A stretch of 64,000 nt of DNA from Bugula neritina (taxonomy: Eukaryota > Animalia > Bryozoa): contig OZ037765.1 of NCBI GenBank assembly GCA_964035545.1, positions 24,365,504-24,429,503 of the forward strand. The letters are read 5' to 3'. Below are positions 1 through 21,249 of the stretch, one piece after another. The notes beneath the pieces are model-generated. The model ran no database searches. It was not told the DNA's origin and saw nothing but the letters and a program-made list of their open reading frames with translations. Both the position numbers and the translations under genes were made by a program. Numbering within the stretch: position 1 is the first letter of the stretch; every line of letters starts with the position of its first letter.

Positions 1-436
1 CTGAAACCTTTATTTAACTAAAAGCGATTATAATAACAGCATTATTAGTCAACAAGTAGTTGTAGATAAATCACCAGATACATTATAGAATTAATTAAAC
101 ACCAGGAACATCAGCCAGCTTCATTACCAATTGAAAACTGGCAACTTGCCAGCTTAGTTAGAATTTGCACCAAAGCTATACCAGAGCTCCGCCAGTATGG
201 TGGCTTTCCTTACACCAACCAAGACACTACTAAAGCAAATTGACCAACTAGAAATAAACTGCATATGGTTATTGGCAGTTCAACTGTGAGTTCTCCTAAA
301 ACCAGCTTGGTGAATAATCCTGATCACCAATTTCATATCTAAATGCTGCTGACTAAGGATTTCACATGAAGACCAAAACATAACTTAACCAAAAGGATTG
401 ATAGTTACGCTGGGAGAAAGCCTAATATTTACATAC

Positions 437-3400
437 GTATGTTCTCTTTCAGAGTCTGTATGCTGTTGGTAGTTGATAGCGGGAAGTTTCGCCACATTTT
501 CCTCTAGAGGCACAAGCATCTCTTCAAGCTCTTTTTGCTGAGCGACTATGAAGTCTAATTCATCATTTAATCTGCGTTGATCCAACTTAACTTTGGCAAC
601 CTCAGAATTCAACGTGGTAATCTAAAAATTTTTTGAAGACATAACAGCAATAAGTATAATTATAAACCATAAATTATTTGTAAAATAATTTATGGTTCTG
701 TAATTCTCAAACTGAATTGCCTTATTATCAAATGAATTAATTATTAACCTCTTCGCCATTTTTTATTAGAACTTTATCCCAAGCATTGACTTTGGTAGCC
801 TGCTCTAGAAAAAGCTTTTCCTGGTGCTCAAGCTCCATAGCCCACTTATTCATTTGCTCCTCTAGCTCCTTATATGTCATTTTAGTTCCAGAGCCTTCAC
901 TAAAGAACCAACAACAGTCTTAAAAGTTTAACTCAAATACCAAGGAAATATATGTTTATAATACAAATTTGCAAAAAAATAGCATTTTATGACTGGCAAT
1001 TTTCGTCAATACCCGCTAGATCCAGCTGCTCCAGTTAAGGAAGTAGCAGTGGTTGTAGTCACTGTCGAAGGTCCACTTGTGGTAACAGAAGCGGTCTTAG
1101 AGCCTAGGAGAGCTGCTGGCATTAAATTAGACATTATCAAATTTATGGCTTCATACATTTTTTGGTACTATTAATTTGAACCCATTAAAATATTTTTTCT
1201 TAATAGATTATAAGCCTGATTAAATTATTTTTGGCATTAGTATTGTAGAACAAACAACTTGAAAACATACATGGTATATGGTATGGGTCAATTTATTTTA
1301 TTTAGTACACACTGAAAAATTGAGACTAAAAATTAAAGTTGCTTTAAAATTCATTAAAATATAACAATTGGTAGTAAGTCCATATGCTGATTTTAAATAC
1401 ATATGTATAGAAAAAAAGCGGAGAGAGGGTTGTGCAACAATAAAGTGCAACGACATTGACTTATTGCCCAATTAACATGTGGTTGCTGAAAGTGACAAAC
1501 TGTATTATTTCTAATAGATAAAAATTGGAACAGCTTGTACTTTAGTTAAGAAACTAAAAGCTGTTCTATTTAAAGAGTACAAGACGAAAAAATTATCAAA
1601 TTATATACACCAACTCTTTTTGATTTAATTAAATTCAGTTAACCAGGCATGGTATAAAAATTATTATGAAAACCTATGCTATTTGATTAAAAATTCAACA
1701 AGAAATTAAGCAAAACTGAATATATTTAACTATTTGGCTTTACTTGTTGGCACTTCATCGGTTTTAGCAAAAAATTTATTAGCAGCTACAATTTCATAAC
1801 ATAAGCAAAACATGAAAACATTCAGTGTGTACCAAATAAAGTCAAGTATCTCACATTAAAAAAAATTGTTTCAAACAAAAAAGTTTTACTTACAAGGACC
1901 GGCGGCCGGCATAGACAGAGAGCTTGACAATTGAGATCCAATAGCAGAACCACTTGACTTGACAACACCGGCACTAAGTGATGAGCCAATGGATGGACCA
2001 GCAGCTGTTTTGGTAACGTCACCGAGTTTTGCACTTGTTAAACTGAAACAACAATAATTTATTACAGGCTGTTGAGGTGCTGCCACAACCAGTAGACAAA
2101 TTGCTACACTTTATTCAGGTATAAGAGGCAGCTGTAGCCCAGCACTTGTTATTGAAAAAGCTCGTGTTACTTTTATTTGAGCTTTAAGAAAAGAACTTAC
2201 TCCAAGACCTGAGCAAGCTATAGAAACGTAGAATAGTAGACCCATGTTAGTACCAATGTCTTTTCATGTGTAAATCTTTTAGCTTAGCATACTTCGCAAG
2301 ATACATATGGCTATCTAATTTGAAGAGTTTTATTATATAAAAGATTTACATACCCGGTTGGAACAGCCTGTGACACAGGTGCAGATGTAGATACACCACC
2401 TACACATACATAAAGAAATTGTGAAATGTACAGATAATTTAGACACTAATTTATAAATATATATTATTGTAGTGAACACGGAATATTGAAGCACAACAGA
2501 CTTAACAAAAAAGTTGAACAACTAAGTGACTTTTAAAAAAGACAAGATCCTCTATTATAGGCATAATTTGAAAATTGCAAGCATAAGAGAAACCACACAT
2601 CTAAGCATCTATGTTGTACATTTTATTGCAAAACCTAGCAAATTTTAGAAGTTACAACATAGTAGAACCAATAACTAATGAGCGTTTTATGATGAGCTGT
2701 ATAAAAATAGTATTATTTATGTTTTAAGACTGGAGACACATGATTGTAATATAACTATGAAGTGACATAATACTCATATTACCATTATAGCACATTAGTT
2801 TTCATAAATATGCCAAACCAGTCAAGAGCTGGAACACAAATATACTGAACAATTAAAGTAGAAGAGCCATACCAAATAATAACACATCTAGTTTACTAAA
2901 AAAAAAACACATCATTGTTTAGTTTAGCCCAAATTTACCTGGTTGAGATAAGCTAGAAGCCAGAATATTCTTAGTGGTAGCTGGGACAGTAGGAAAACTA
3001 AACCCAGTCGCAGGAGCAGCACTATTAGTTGTTGCTGTTGAGGCAGTAAGGTTGAATGCAGTCGCAGAAGTAGCACTACTGGCCGGTTTTAGGTTACCAA
3101 AACTAAACCCAGTTGAAGGAGTAGCACTACTAGTTTGTGCCGCTTGACCGCCAAAACTAAGCCCAGTTGAAGGAGTAGTACTACTAGTTTGTGCCGCTTG
3201 ACCGCCAAAACTAAGCCCAGTTGAAGGAGTAGCACTACTAGTTTGTGCCGCTTGACCGCCAAAACTAAGCCCAGTTGAAGGAGTAGTACTACTAGTTTGT
3301 GCCGTTTGACCGCCAAAACTAAGCCCAGTTGAAGGAGTAGCACTACTAGTTTGTGCCGCTTGACCGCCAAAACTAAGCCCAGTTGAAGGAGTAGCACTAC

Positions 3401-3602
3401 TAGTTTGTGCCGCTTGACCGCCAAAACTAAACCCAGTTGAAGGAGTAGCACTACTAGTTTGTGCCGCTTGACCGCCAAAACTAAACCCAGTGGAAGGAGC
3501 AGCAGCTCCAGTGGATGCTGAAGTGGATCCGAAACCAGGTTTAGGAGTCCCGCCAAAACTAAATGCACTTGATGAGTTTGAAGCTTGGTTTGAGTTATTC
3601 AT
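437..3602 (-). CDS. NUP62: Nucleoporin Nup62/Nsp1 (FG-repeat N-terminus, coiled-coil C-terminus); 3' end lies outside the window
   Basis: Phase-consistent GT-AG exons 3602-2939, 2399-2354, 2042-1894, 1115-1013, 899-749, 621-437. FSFG/LSFG repeats and a Ser/Thr-rich linker precede MTYKELEEQMNKWAMELEHQEKLFLEQATKVNAWDKVLIKNGEE-ITTLNSEVAKVKLDQRRLNDELDFIVAQQKELEEML, which matches the Nsp1_C coiled coil. Confidence 0.95.
3097..3498 (-). repeat. 54-bp coding minisatellite, about 7.3 copies, encoding TG(F/L)SFGGQAAQTSS(A/T)TPS
   Basis: Near-identical units ccaaaactaa(a/g)cccagttgaaggagtag(c/t)actactagtttgtgccgcttgaccg are read directly on the + strand. Confidence 0.97.
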
Positions 3603-4135
3603 GATTTCTTGAAAAAGAAACAAAAATGATCCAACACATTTACGATAATTGAAAAAAAAAACATATTAAAAAACTAAAGTTTATTTCAGAAAAGAACACC
3701 TCAACATGAGTGCTTGCAGTAGCTAGATTTTGAAATGAAGATGACCAATGAATACTCGTCAGGAAGATTTGTTAAATAAAAAATCTTTAAACTTATTGAG
3801 ACAAATATTTGAATTTGATTGACCTTTGTCAAGTAATTTATGAATATTCAGTGCAATTCAATACCTACTGAAATGAATTCAAACTAACTTAGCAAATTAT
3901 TCAATAAAAAAGTGAACAACTTTGTAACCCTATTTATCACCCAGTAATCAATAATCAATAAAAGACTAATTACAATATAAAACGATACTATCTTTATACT
4001 ATTTTAATTTAGAATTTTATCAATATAAAATATTAAATATGTATAAAAATGAACCAATGATGAAACTGAACACACTCCTAAAATTTGCAGTTGCAGGTAC
4101 AGTTTTAGTTTACAACCAGATGTATGCAAATGTGT

Positions 4136-5267
4136 AATAGTAATACTAAATCCAACACTATTACTATTAGTATAGCATTACTATTAGTAATACTTATACT
4201 AACACTAATAATATAAACACACCCATACCAGTAATAGTAGTACTATTAGCATTACAGTTATACTAATACTATTAATATTACATTTACTTCAAATATAACT
4301 ATTAGCATTAGTATTACTAATACTTATACTATTACTAATAGTAATAGCAAAAATGTAATAACTATAAGTATAACTATTAGTAATAGTAATACTATTACTA
4401 TAGTATTACTATTACTACTTACTTGTATTACTATTACCAATAATACTAGGAAGACTGGTAGTAATAGTAATACTAATGCCAAGTCTAATACTAATAGCAA
4501 TAGTTAGTTTATTAAATTAGTATTACTATTAGTAATACCAATAGGCATAGCTACATAGTATGAGTATTGAGAATGAATATAGTTGTACTAATAATTATAG
4601 TTATAATAATACTAATACTAATGGTTATACTATAGTAATACTAATAGCAATAGTATTAGTATTACTATTAGTATTACCATTACTCAAATACTATAACTAT
4701 TACTATTAGTATTACTGATACTAATAGTTATAGTTAATGTTAATGTTATACTATTACATTTAGTTTTACTTTTACTTTTAATTTCATAGTTATGCTAATA
4801 CTAATACTGTAATAGTAATAATAATAGTAATATAATAATACTATAAAATTAGTAATAATAATACTGATAGTAATACTAATACTGTAATGGTATTTCAATT
4901 TGTTATTGTATTTCCTTATTTAAAAATCAAAAAGTTACAACTTTAACTTGAGTTTTGAACTACTAGTAGTACTACTAGACCTAGCAGTAGTACCTATACC
5001 AATGGCAATAGTAAATCTAAATGTAATACTACTAGTAATACTACTAGTACTAGTACTAATACTAATAGTGATACTAATACTAATAGCACTGCTACTACTA
5101 TTACTATTAGTATTACTAGTACTGTACTAGAGTAGTAATACTAATACAGTAATACTAATACTAATAGTAATAGTAGTAGCAGTGCTACTACTACTAGTAC
5201 TAGTAGAAGTAGTAGTATTACTATTAGTACTACTACTAAGTACTAGTACTACTACTAGTAGTAGTAT

Positions 5268-5308
<41 letters not shown>

Positions 5309-5360
5309 CTAGTAGTAGGAGTAGTACTACTAGTAGTAGACGTAGTACCTGTACTACTCA
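4136..5360. repeat. Degenerate 3-nt-periodic (TAN/TAG/TAC) low-complexity tract
   Basis: Continuous tactaatagtaatactattag-like texture, ending in pure (AGT)n at about 5270-5310. Confidence 0.9.
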
Positions 5361-5449
5361 ACTAGGAGTAGGTCCAGTACTACAAAATACAAATACAATA
5401 TAAATGAATATCGATATGAATATATTCACAATAATATCTCAAAATATAC

Positions 5450-5800
5450 CTTAAAGAAATAGGCCAACTATAGCGTTGTTTAAAGTTAAAAAGAACAAAA
5501 ACTGAAAGAGATTATGAGGATTATAAAATTTCTCAACCAGGTGAGGCAAAGGGTTTATGTTTTAAAAACGTCATTAATAGGCGCGGCAGTGCTGCTTTTA
5601 ATCGCCAACTTATTTATCGTAATGTCTCGGCAGAATTCTCATATCTTGGAGACTGAAAGAATAAATAATCATAATGATTCATTTAATCAATTAGCCCAGA
5701 TAGACCAAAGGGTTAGATCACACTGAATTATACTACATTGACTCTATTACTATTAGGATCTAATGGTCGTGGTAGATACCGCAAAGGAGGTTTTGTGACC
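5450..5800. promoter_or_regulatory. Putative bidirectional promoter between divergent NUP62 and CERT1
   Basis: Local CpG-containing island (aaacgtca, ggcgcggc, atcgcc, ctcggc) between head-to-head genes. A minus-strand donor AAG/GTATAT lies at 5449. Inference only. Confidence 0.5.
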
Positions 5801-5879
5801 TTAATAATATTAATAATTATTATTATCATAATTATAAATTATTAATGTTATATTTTTATGACAATGATTTCGAGATGCT

Positions 5880-6810
5880 CTTACTCTTAGTTACTGTTAC
5901 TGTTAGTGTTTAAAAGCATATATTTTAATTTATAATAATTATCAGTATTACTATTAGTATTAGTATTACTATTACTATTAGTATTAGTATTAGACTTACT
6001 CTTAGAGTTAGTGTATTACTAATTATTAGGTCTAGTAGTACTATTAGTATTACTATTACTATTACTATTAGTAATAGAGATTTGAGGCTACCACCTCAGG
6101 CTCATAACACAAACTCAGCTTAGCTATCACTATGACTATGAGTATGTCAGTATGTGCTAAAATGCTAAAATATTCAAACTTATCTACATGCTAGAATATA
6201 ATTTTCATTTTTATCTTAACATAGAATAAACTCAAACAAAAATAACATAAGACTAAGAGGCGCTCATAATTTTGTGCCTGTAGGTGTTAGCAGAGTGTTC
6301 TAATTTTTACGAGGTGAGTTACAAGGTGGGTTAGTGTTACTCTTAGAGTGTTACTACTACTACTAGTATTACTAAATACTTATACTTATAGTTATACTAT
6401 TAGTATGACTATTAATAATGATATTAGTAATACTATGAGCATTATACTTGATATTACTATTAGAATAATACTAATACTAATAGTATTACACTCACTAATA
6501 CTATTACTATTACTATTACTAATTAGTATTACTTAATGCTAACAGTTATTGTAATACTATAGACATAATTACTGTTAGTGTTACTGTTAGTATCAATATC
6601 GTATGATTACTATTAGTGCTAGTGTTACTATTAGTATTGCTATTAGACGTAGTATTACTATGACTATCACTATAATTATAAGTATAACATTAAGTGATTA
6701 ACTTTTACTTAATTGATTAGCAGTAAGTATATCTATAAGTATAACTATAGGCATAACTATACTAAATTATATTTATTATACTAATACTAAGAGTTACCCA
6801 TAATGATAGT
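5880..6810. repeat. Degenerate TAN-periodic low-complexity tract with an embedded candidate 30-nt 5'UTR exon of CERT1 (6284-6313)
   Basis: ttactattagtattag texture; ttttgtgcctgtAG/gtgttag...ttacgag/GTgagt. Confidence 0.75.
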
Positions 6811-7025
6811 TATTGTTACTAAACCTAAACTAAAAGAAACATTAATTTATCTTAGTTAACTGGTGGTAAACTGTAAATTGAAACACGGAATGAGAGTTGC
6901 TTAAATGGTATTGAGAATTCCAATGATTCAGTGGGAATTTTTAACTTTTTCATTTTGAAGTTCAAGTTTAAGTTGATTTTTATCATTATTTATCTATTTC
7001 TAATAGTCATAATATAATATTCATC

Positions 7026-7228
7026 AGGAGCAGCCATGATCTAGGAAGTTAGCGTGCTGACTGTGTAAACCTGGGGTCAGTGGTTTGATCTCCAGTAAAG
7101 GCTATTGATGATGTTAGGAGGGGGAGTCAGTCATAATTGCTCTTTTACCACAGTAGTGAAAATGCTTACTCCACAAACCCTTGTTATCAGGGGTTCTTAC
7201 AGGGGTGACGACTATAAACTCACTGCGG
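7026..7228 (+). mobile_element. tRNA-derived SINE, copy 1 (degenerate)
   Basis: GGAGCAGCCATGATCTAGGAAGTTAGCG head with a degenerate B-box (GGTTTGATCTCC), then GGCTATTGATGATGTTAGGAGGGGGAGTCAGTCATAATTGCTC; colinear with the copies at 58036 and 60771. Confidence 0.85.
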
Positions 7229-7925
7229 TTTTTTTTATCATTTATACTAATATGTTATTATCATTATAATAATGGTTTGAGTTGTAATCTGATTTATATC
7301 AACAGTATGCATAATCTTAATCACATTGATTCATAGAAATTTTGTTGTGTTAGATTTAGCTAGATTTTATTATATTTGAACAAATTTATTAGTTAATGTT
7401 CTTGCAAGTTTAGTAAAATACTTGTCGAGCTGCTGAACATCACAGAAGAGAGCTCCCAACTCTAAGCTTGGTGTTGGGGCTTTCTTCTTTGATATTCAAC
7501 TCTGCGCTTATTATTCAAGCCAAGCTGAATATTAGTATTTCTAAAATCAAAGTTTGATATTTGAATTGCTGGCAACATAATTCACCATGTATTTTTTTAT
7601 AATTTTAATTAGGGGCCAATGTTTTTGAATACCAAAATGTTCCTTGATAGTAGTATTATAACAGAATACATGTATATTACAACTACTAAAGATTTTATTG
7701 CAGAAGTATGTGTAAATTCTTTCATTTTTATTTTTTTATGTTTTGTAGATTTAGTGTTGCTGTGAAAGTTATCTGAACAACAATAAGAACAACTGCCAAA
7801 AGCTGTCACATCTGATTGGATCTCTATATTAGTATGCTCTTTTTGACTCATAGTGTATTACTTCTGGAAATATAATTACAACTTTGAGTCTCACTTCACT
7901 TCATTTAGTTTCACAAACAGCAAGC

Positions 7926-15429
<7,504 letters not shown>

Positions 15430-16284
15430 GTAATCTGGTGAGTTCCATAAAGCATTACCTTACAGTTGCAGGAAAGTTTTTATATACTGCTTAACGAATC
15501 TCTGGCTACACTTCATTTATGCAGTATTAAATACTTATAAATTCATCTACAGACGGTTTGAGCATACCCCCTCTAAAGGTGTAAAGATAATAGCTGAGAT
15601 ATACATTAACATTTTAATACTACATAAATGAAGTGTGTCAGGGAATCACTCAACAACTATGTTAAATATGAATTTTTTATTGATTTTAGATTTTAATTTA
15701 GAGTGGATACTAACTACCAACAGCTTCCTACTACGTGGTGTTGAATTCCAATAACACAGGATTTTGAAAAGTTTTACATGTTTATAACCATAATATTTGT
15801 GTTTTTGTAGACAGTAGTATTTATATCATTGCTTTTATTGTACAATGACTCTTATGGGTAATAGCCACACTAAACAATATTGAGGATAATTTCTAGTCTT
15901 TTGCAGTTAACTTTCTTGAGTCTTGCTCACTTTAAATCAATGCAAATTCCAAAAATTGTTACATACCTAAAATGTATGTCACTTATATCAGCATTATTAT
16001 TGTGTCAGTGTTTGTGTCTACGTGTATATTAAGTAATTGCATATATATTATATGACAATATATAGTTCTTTCTACTGTAGCCCTTGTTTTTATACTAATA
16101 TTCCTTTTCAATGAAACCTATTTCATTTTTATCATGATTTGTAATTTATCTAGTGTGTTCACTTTGTGATATAAAATAAGACCGTACTTTCTATGTTACA
16201 TAAGTACATTATATTTACAATTGGAAACATTAAAAATATAAACTAATAGCATTGATTAATTTCTTCACTTGAAATGTGTTGTTT

Positions 16285-19112
16285 TCATAGAGGTTTAGAC
16301 TTGTTCTGCAAAAAGAAAATGCAATAAGCTGTAAAATAACTTACAATTCAAGAAAATAAGACCAAGTGAATAAATTTTAATTGAATACCTTAAACGAGTG
16401 CAAATTCATAAGTGTTGAGATTTATATCTGCAATGCATATATGTTTTACCTTTGACTTCAACGAACTATTCTGGAGAGCATGAACTTTTGATCTTTCTTT
16501 TTCAAGCTCTGACGTCAAGCTCGTAACTTGTGCTGTAAGCTCATTTTTAATTTGGTTTAGAAGTTCAACTTGTTGAATAATCTCTGCTTTCTCTTTCACT
16601 GAAACACAAGAAATGGTTTTGAATAAATCAAAATTTTTTTGAGTTATCTCTGGTTAAATAAACCATCAGTGTAGCAAACAATCGCACATAATCGCTGCTC
16701 TTAGATCGATCATGTCGGCTAGAATGCTATCATTAATATAGTGATGTGAAGTATCTCTACATTATTGAACTGGAAATGCAAAGCTGTTTTCATCACAAAA
16801 TAAACATAAAATATTTAGTTACAAGTCACTCACTTTCTCCTTGTCCTAAGATGAAGCATAGCTGCTTGTTTCTTTTTTTAACTCCTTGTAATTCCTCCTG
16901 TTGATTAAAAAAAATATCAACATCAATGTAAAAATACACAACTAAATCAATTATACGTGTTTAATATTGTCAACTGTGGTCTAACAGCTGTTAGTTCATG
17001 AAAACTGAAAATAATGTGCCATAGTAAAACAATGAAAAATAAAGGTTATGTAAAACATAATAGAAAATGCTAATCTATTAAAACCTTCAACATCATTTAT
17101 ATAGACAAAACCATTCAAAATAGTTCATACAAATAAAGTATCAATAAAGATAAAAATATGATGACTACAATGGGAATATGTTTAATATATTAAAGCAACA
17201 TACCCATGTAGACCTACCTGAGATTCCTGTAAGCTAGCCCGCAACTCTTTGATTATGTTGTCCTTGCTCTCTAACTCAGCACTATACTTTGCTTGTAGAA
17301 CTGCTTGTACTTTATATTGCTGCAAAACAATAGTTGTCCAGATTCAGGGAAATAAACTTTGTGAAAACCAAGACGGCACTTGAAAATTTTAGCCTAAATG
17401 TTAATTTCCCATTTGTTTCAGTCTATACTTAAAAATAAATCCCTTCCCTTAATAAATGTCAGTTTATAAATTTAACACACTAAATTCAAAGCAACAATAT
17501 TCAAAAGCTAGCAACAGCTCTTAGCTTGCAATGCAGTTGTAGTATCAAAGCTTGAAGTTATTTTGCTTAACCAGTTACAACCAATCAAAACTTTATGGTA
17601 AGTTGTTATTAAATACAGTAGTAATAGTAGAGGACACATTAAAAACAGAAAATGTGTTTACAATACGGAACGACTTCTGCACTGATCAAGGAGCTGATAG
17701 CAACCTTTTGATATTCTTCTTGTAGTTTATCTTTTTTTAATATTCTCGCAGCATCAGCTTCAACGTCATTAAAAAAGGTATCACCAGCTCCAGTAGCTGT
17801 ACTTTTTGTTGAATTTGGGAACTCATCTAAAAACACAAATTTCAGAACTGCTTACATCACCCTTTCTTGCTATTATGCTGTAATTATTCTAGAGCATATA
17901 AAATTGCATAATAAAAAAAGCTGAATTAAAATTCAGAAATTTATAAATATACACGTTATGGATGTTTCAATGCAATAGCAACAGAGCTACCAATTTAATA
18001 CTGCTCATAGATTATTGTACTTGTTAAAATACAAACTTGGCTGTGACGACTGAGGTTGCAGGAGGCCGTGGTTAAATTCGTCTATTGACACAGTTTTAGG
18101 CTTATTTCTTTTTCCTTTCTTTTTGGAGATTGATACATCTTCTGCCCCATCATTTACCACTGCATTCAATACTTCTTTCTACATGTATGCAATATAAATT
18201 AGTAAGCTGAAACAAAAAAAAGCTGTTGAGAAACTATGAGATATTAATATTAATATAAACCCTTCTAATTTAAATCTATCACTGCTTATGCTCATTCACC
18301 AACACCTATTATTTCAAAAGAAACAGTAAAAAAGTAATCTACGATATGACACCACTGCAAGTTGAACTATTGCTTAATCATTTGGTCAACGTTTGAACAT
18401 TGAAATATTTATGAATTATGCTTTCACATTTATACTCGTCATGTGCAAAAATTTATTGATAATATATGAAGCAATAACTTTTAAAAAACAAATCTCTCTG
18501 TAATATAATTTTGGCACTTTTGTACACTTTTCACAATACCTTTTCTTCAAAATCAACTTTGCTCATTAAAATAGCTTGTTGTAGCTCTTTTTGGAATAGT
18601 TCATCAACTTGTTCTTTGTCATGCTCAGCCCAGGAGTCATACTGAGAAGGCGCCGTCTGCTGATTGGCTGCACAGTTAGATGCACTTGATGGTTTACTGC
18701 CACCAAAAGCTAAGTTCCTCAACTGCAATTTTTTAAACATGTTATCAAAAAAATCATGGGAAATCAATTAAATATAATGTTGAAATTTCAATAACTACCA
18801 GTAAATGGGGAAAATGCTGCTATTCATATAGGTGCAGTGTGCTAAATTTGTTCATGAAAAAATTAAAGAAAATTCAACAGCGACAGCATAATTTACTACA
18901 GTATTTAAAGCAAATAATCCAAGTTGATATAGACTTTAGCTTTACAAATTTACATCAGCTGCATCCTTGTGCTGCTTTTTCTTGTTCCTTTTTTTCAGTT
19001 TAGCTGGATTTTTTTCTTGTGCTGAACTTTTCCCTTTTTTAGAACTATCATCTTCATCACTTCCTTCAATTTTTAGTAGAGCAAACCTTGAAGATGGCCC
19101 TGATTTAGCCAT
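16285..19112 (-). CDS. GKAP1: G kinase-anchoring protein 1
   Basis: Exons 19112-18954, 18722-18540, 18178-18037, 17826-17705, 17319-17218, 16897-16834, 16598-16450, 16305-16285, all in phase. Motifs [77 protein letters not shown]. Confidence 0.93.
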
Positions 19113-20449
19113 GATTTCATGTGCACGTCTTAAATAACAGAGCATCAGGAAATATCATAAGTGGATTGTTGAATACTTGACAGCTGGTAGCATTTAATCA
19201 CGTTAATCAAACGTTTAGCATTATAAACAGCATTTAAAAGAGTATGAATCAAATTTTGAGAAAATATGTTGGGAAAATTTAACTTTTTAAATACTTTTCC
19301 TCATCTCATCCAATTGTATTTTTAGCTCATCAATTGACTACATTTTTGAAATATAATTTTGAGTAAAGCTTTATGGTGCATTACTTCTTTTAATTCAGAA
19401 CATTTCATTAACTACTAACATTCATCACTGCAAAAACACTCAATGAAAGTAGCAATGATAAAATTGAAACTATTTTTAAATGATCAGGTTTCTATACAAT
19501 ACAATTTATGGCAGTACCATACTCATACCGATATTCATATTATTAAAACTATGTAAACTTTAAAATATTTACTGCTCTACACTAAGTATTAGTAATACTA
19601 AAATTTGCATTGATATTTAACTATCTAATTAGAAAAATTCATTATTATAGCAATTTTAGGTAATGTTTATGATAATTGGTTGAAACTTACAATTTACAGT
19701 TACTTCTAAATTTATACATATCAAAATATTATGGTAAAATTAAAATAGAAATGGTGTGCTGTGTAACTATTATATGTAGTAATTGTTTCCAATAACTATA
19801 GGTATTGTAATGCAAGTGCCTCATGTTCTACTAACGCACAGACTGAATGTAATAACTGAAAAACACCCACAACTGGTAAACAAAATATTCAGAACACACA
19901 GTATGCAAAGGGTAGCTACTACTACTGACTTTCACTAGTTTGTGGGGGGCGGGCATACTAGAATATTCAAATATTGCGTAGGACCCAACATTAGTCATTG
20001 TATCTTGCTAGACTAAAGCAACGGAAGAAGGTCATTGGGGCACGCTCACAGCTTGGCCTTCAGCCTCTTAAGCAGATAGGCAAGAGTCACAATATTCAAC
20101 ACTTATAATAGCCTTCAACGAAACCACCAGAGAACACCAAAACATGTCAATGACCACTAGGCCTGCTGTCTGCAATGAGCTAACATCTGTATATGCAACC
20201 TTGCTAGTAAATAATTTCTATAGAGAACAATAAGGGACATTAGAAGGTGCATATATAAACCAACAGCTATGTAACCTGTTGCCAAACTAATTTTAGACTT
20301 TAAATCGAATGGGGCTCTCCTATAACCTCTAGAATTTTTGAATTTTTAATATCTTCAAAGGTAGTTAACTAAAAATTATTCAAATCTAGGAATAATATAT
20401 AATTTTTATCAATATAAATATGGTTATAATTATTAGTGTAATTTTACGA

Positions 20450-21220
20450 TCATAACTATTGGTATTACACAACTAGTACCACTACTACTAATGCTACTAA
20501 GTCTAGTACTAATCCTAGACTTAGCCAGTCGCTGGAGTGTTAGTATCACTAACTCTTATACTGATAGTGATAGTCTAGTTACAGCCTACAAATACTTATA
20601 TCCTATGGCTATAGTAATGTTAATTTCTATACATAATAACTAATAAGTAACAGTTAATGTTATGCTTACCATCATTACTATTACTATTAGTATTAATATT
20701 ACTTATACTTATAGTCTTACTATTAGTATTAGTATTACTATGAGTATGAAAAAAAACCAAATTGAAATTATTATCTTTATAATAGCCATTAATTAGGCAA
20801 ATCTATATTACTCAATAAATGATAGTGATAGTCATAGTAATACTCATAGTCTCATACTGATGGTCATACTGATACTGATAGTGATACTCATAGTCATACT
20901 GATAGCGATTGTGATCATTCATTCATTTTCAATTTCATTGTGATTGTCAACGCTAAACTTCAAGTATAGCCTTAGCCTTAGGTTAGTGTTAACTGTTATG
21001 TTTTGACTTTGACTTTATCTTATACTTATACTATCAGTATGACTACCACTATGAGTATGAGTATCAGTATGACCCTATGACTACTAATACTATGAGTATC
21101 AGTAAGAGTATTACTATTACTATTACTATTAGTATTAGTATTAGTATTACTATTACAGTATTAGTATTAGTATAAGTATTAGTATTAGACTTAGTATTAC
21201 ACTATTAGTATTACGATGCA
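20450..21220. repeat. TAN/NAN-periodic low-complexity tract 5' of the GKAP1 coding region
   Basis: gatagtgatagtcatagtaatactcatagt and tatgagtatgagtatcagtatgac texture. Confidence 0.85.
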
Positions 21221-21249
21221 AATTAAAATACTATTCTAAACATATCTAA

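Noticed and set aside
2066-2103. Minus-strand AATTTGTCTAC plus a small hairpin resembling the U7 snRNA Sm site, tempting given LSM11 nearby
   Set aside because: Last base mismatches AAUUUGUCUAG, no adjacent pyrimidine-rich HDE-pairing segment, imperfect stem, and it lies next to a Nup62 acceptor.
2201-2217. Candidate 17-nt Nup62 micro-exon (tag/CTTGCTCAGGTCTTGGA/gtaagt)
   Set aside because: It would frameshift the otherwise in-phase 2354>2042 junction; a poison exon is possible but unsupported.
3089-3568. 159-aa alternative-frame ORF (VLAVKRHKLVVLLLQLGL repeats) overlapping Nup62
   Set aside because: By-product of a 54-bp repeat unit that has no stop in that frame; no independent evidence.
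4948-6536. Leu/Ile/Val/Ser-rich ORFs in the track
   Set aside because: Translations of the TAN-periodic low-complexity DNA.
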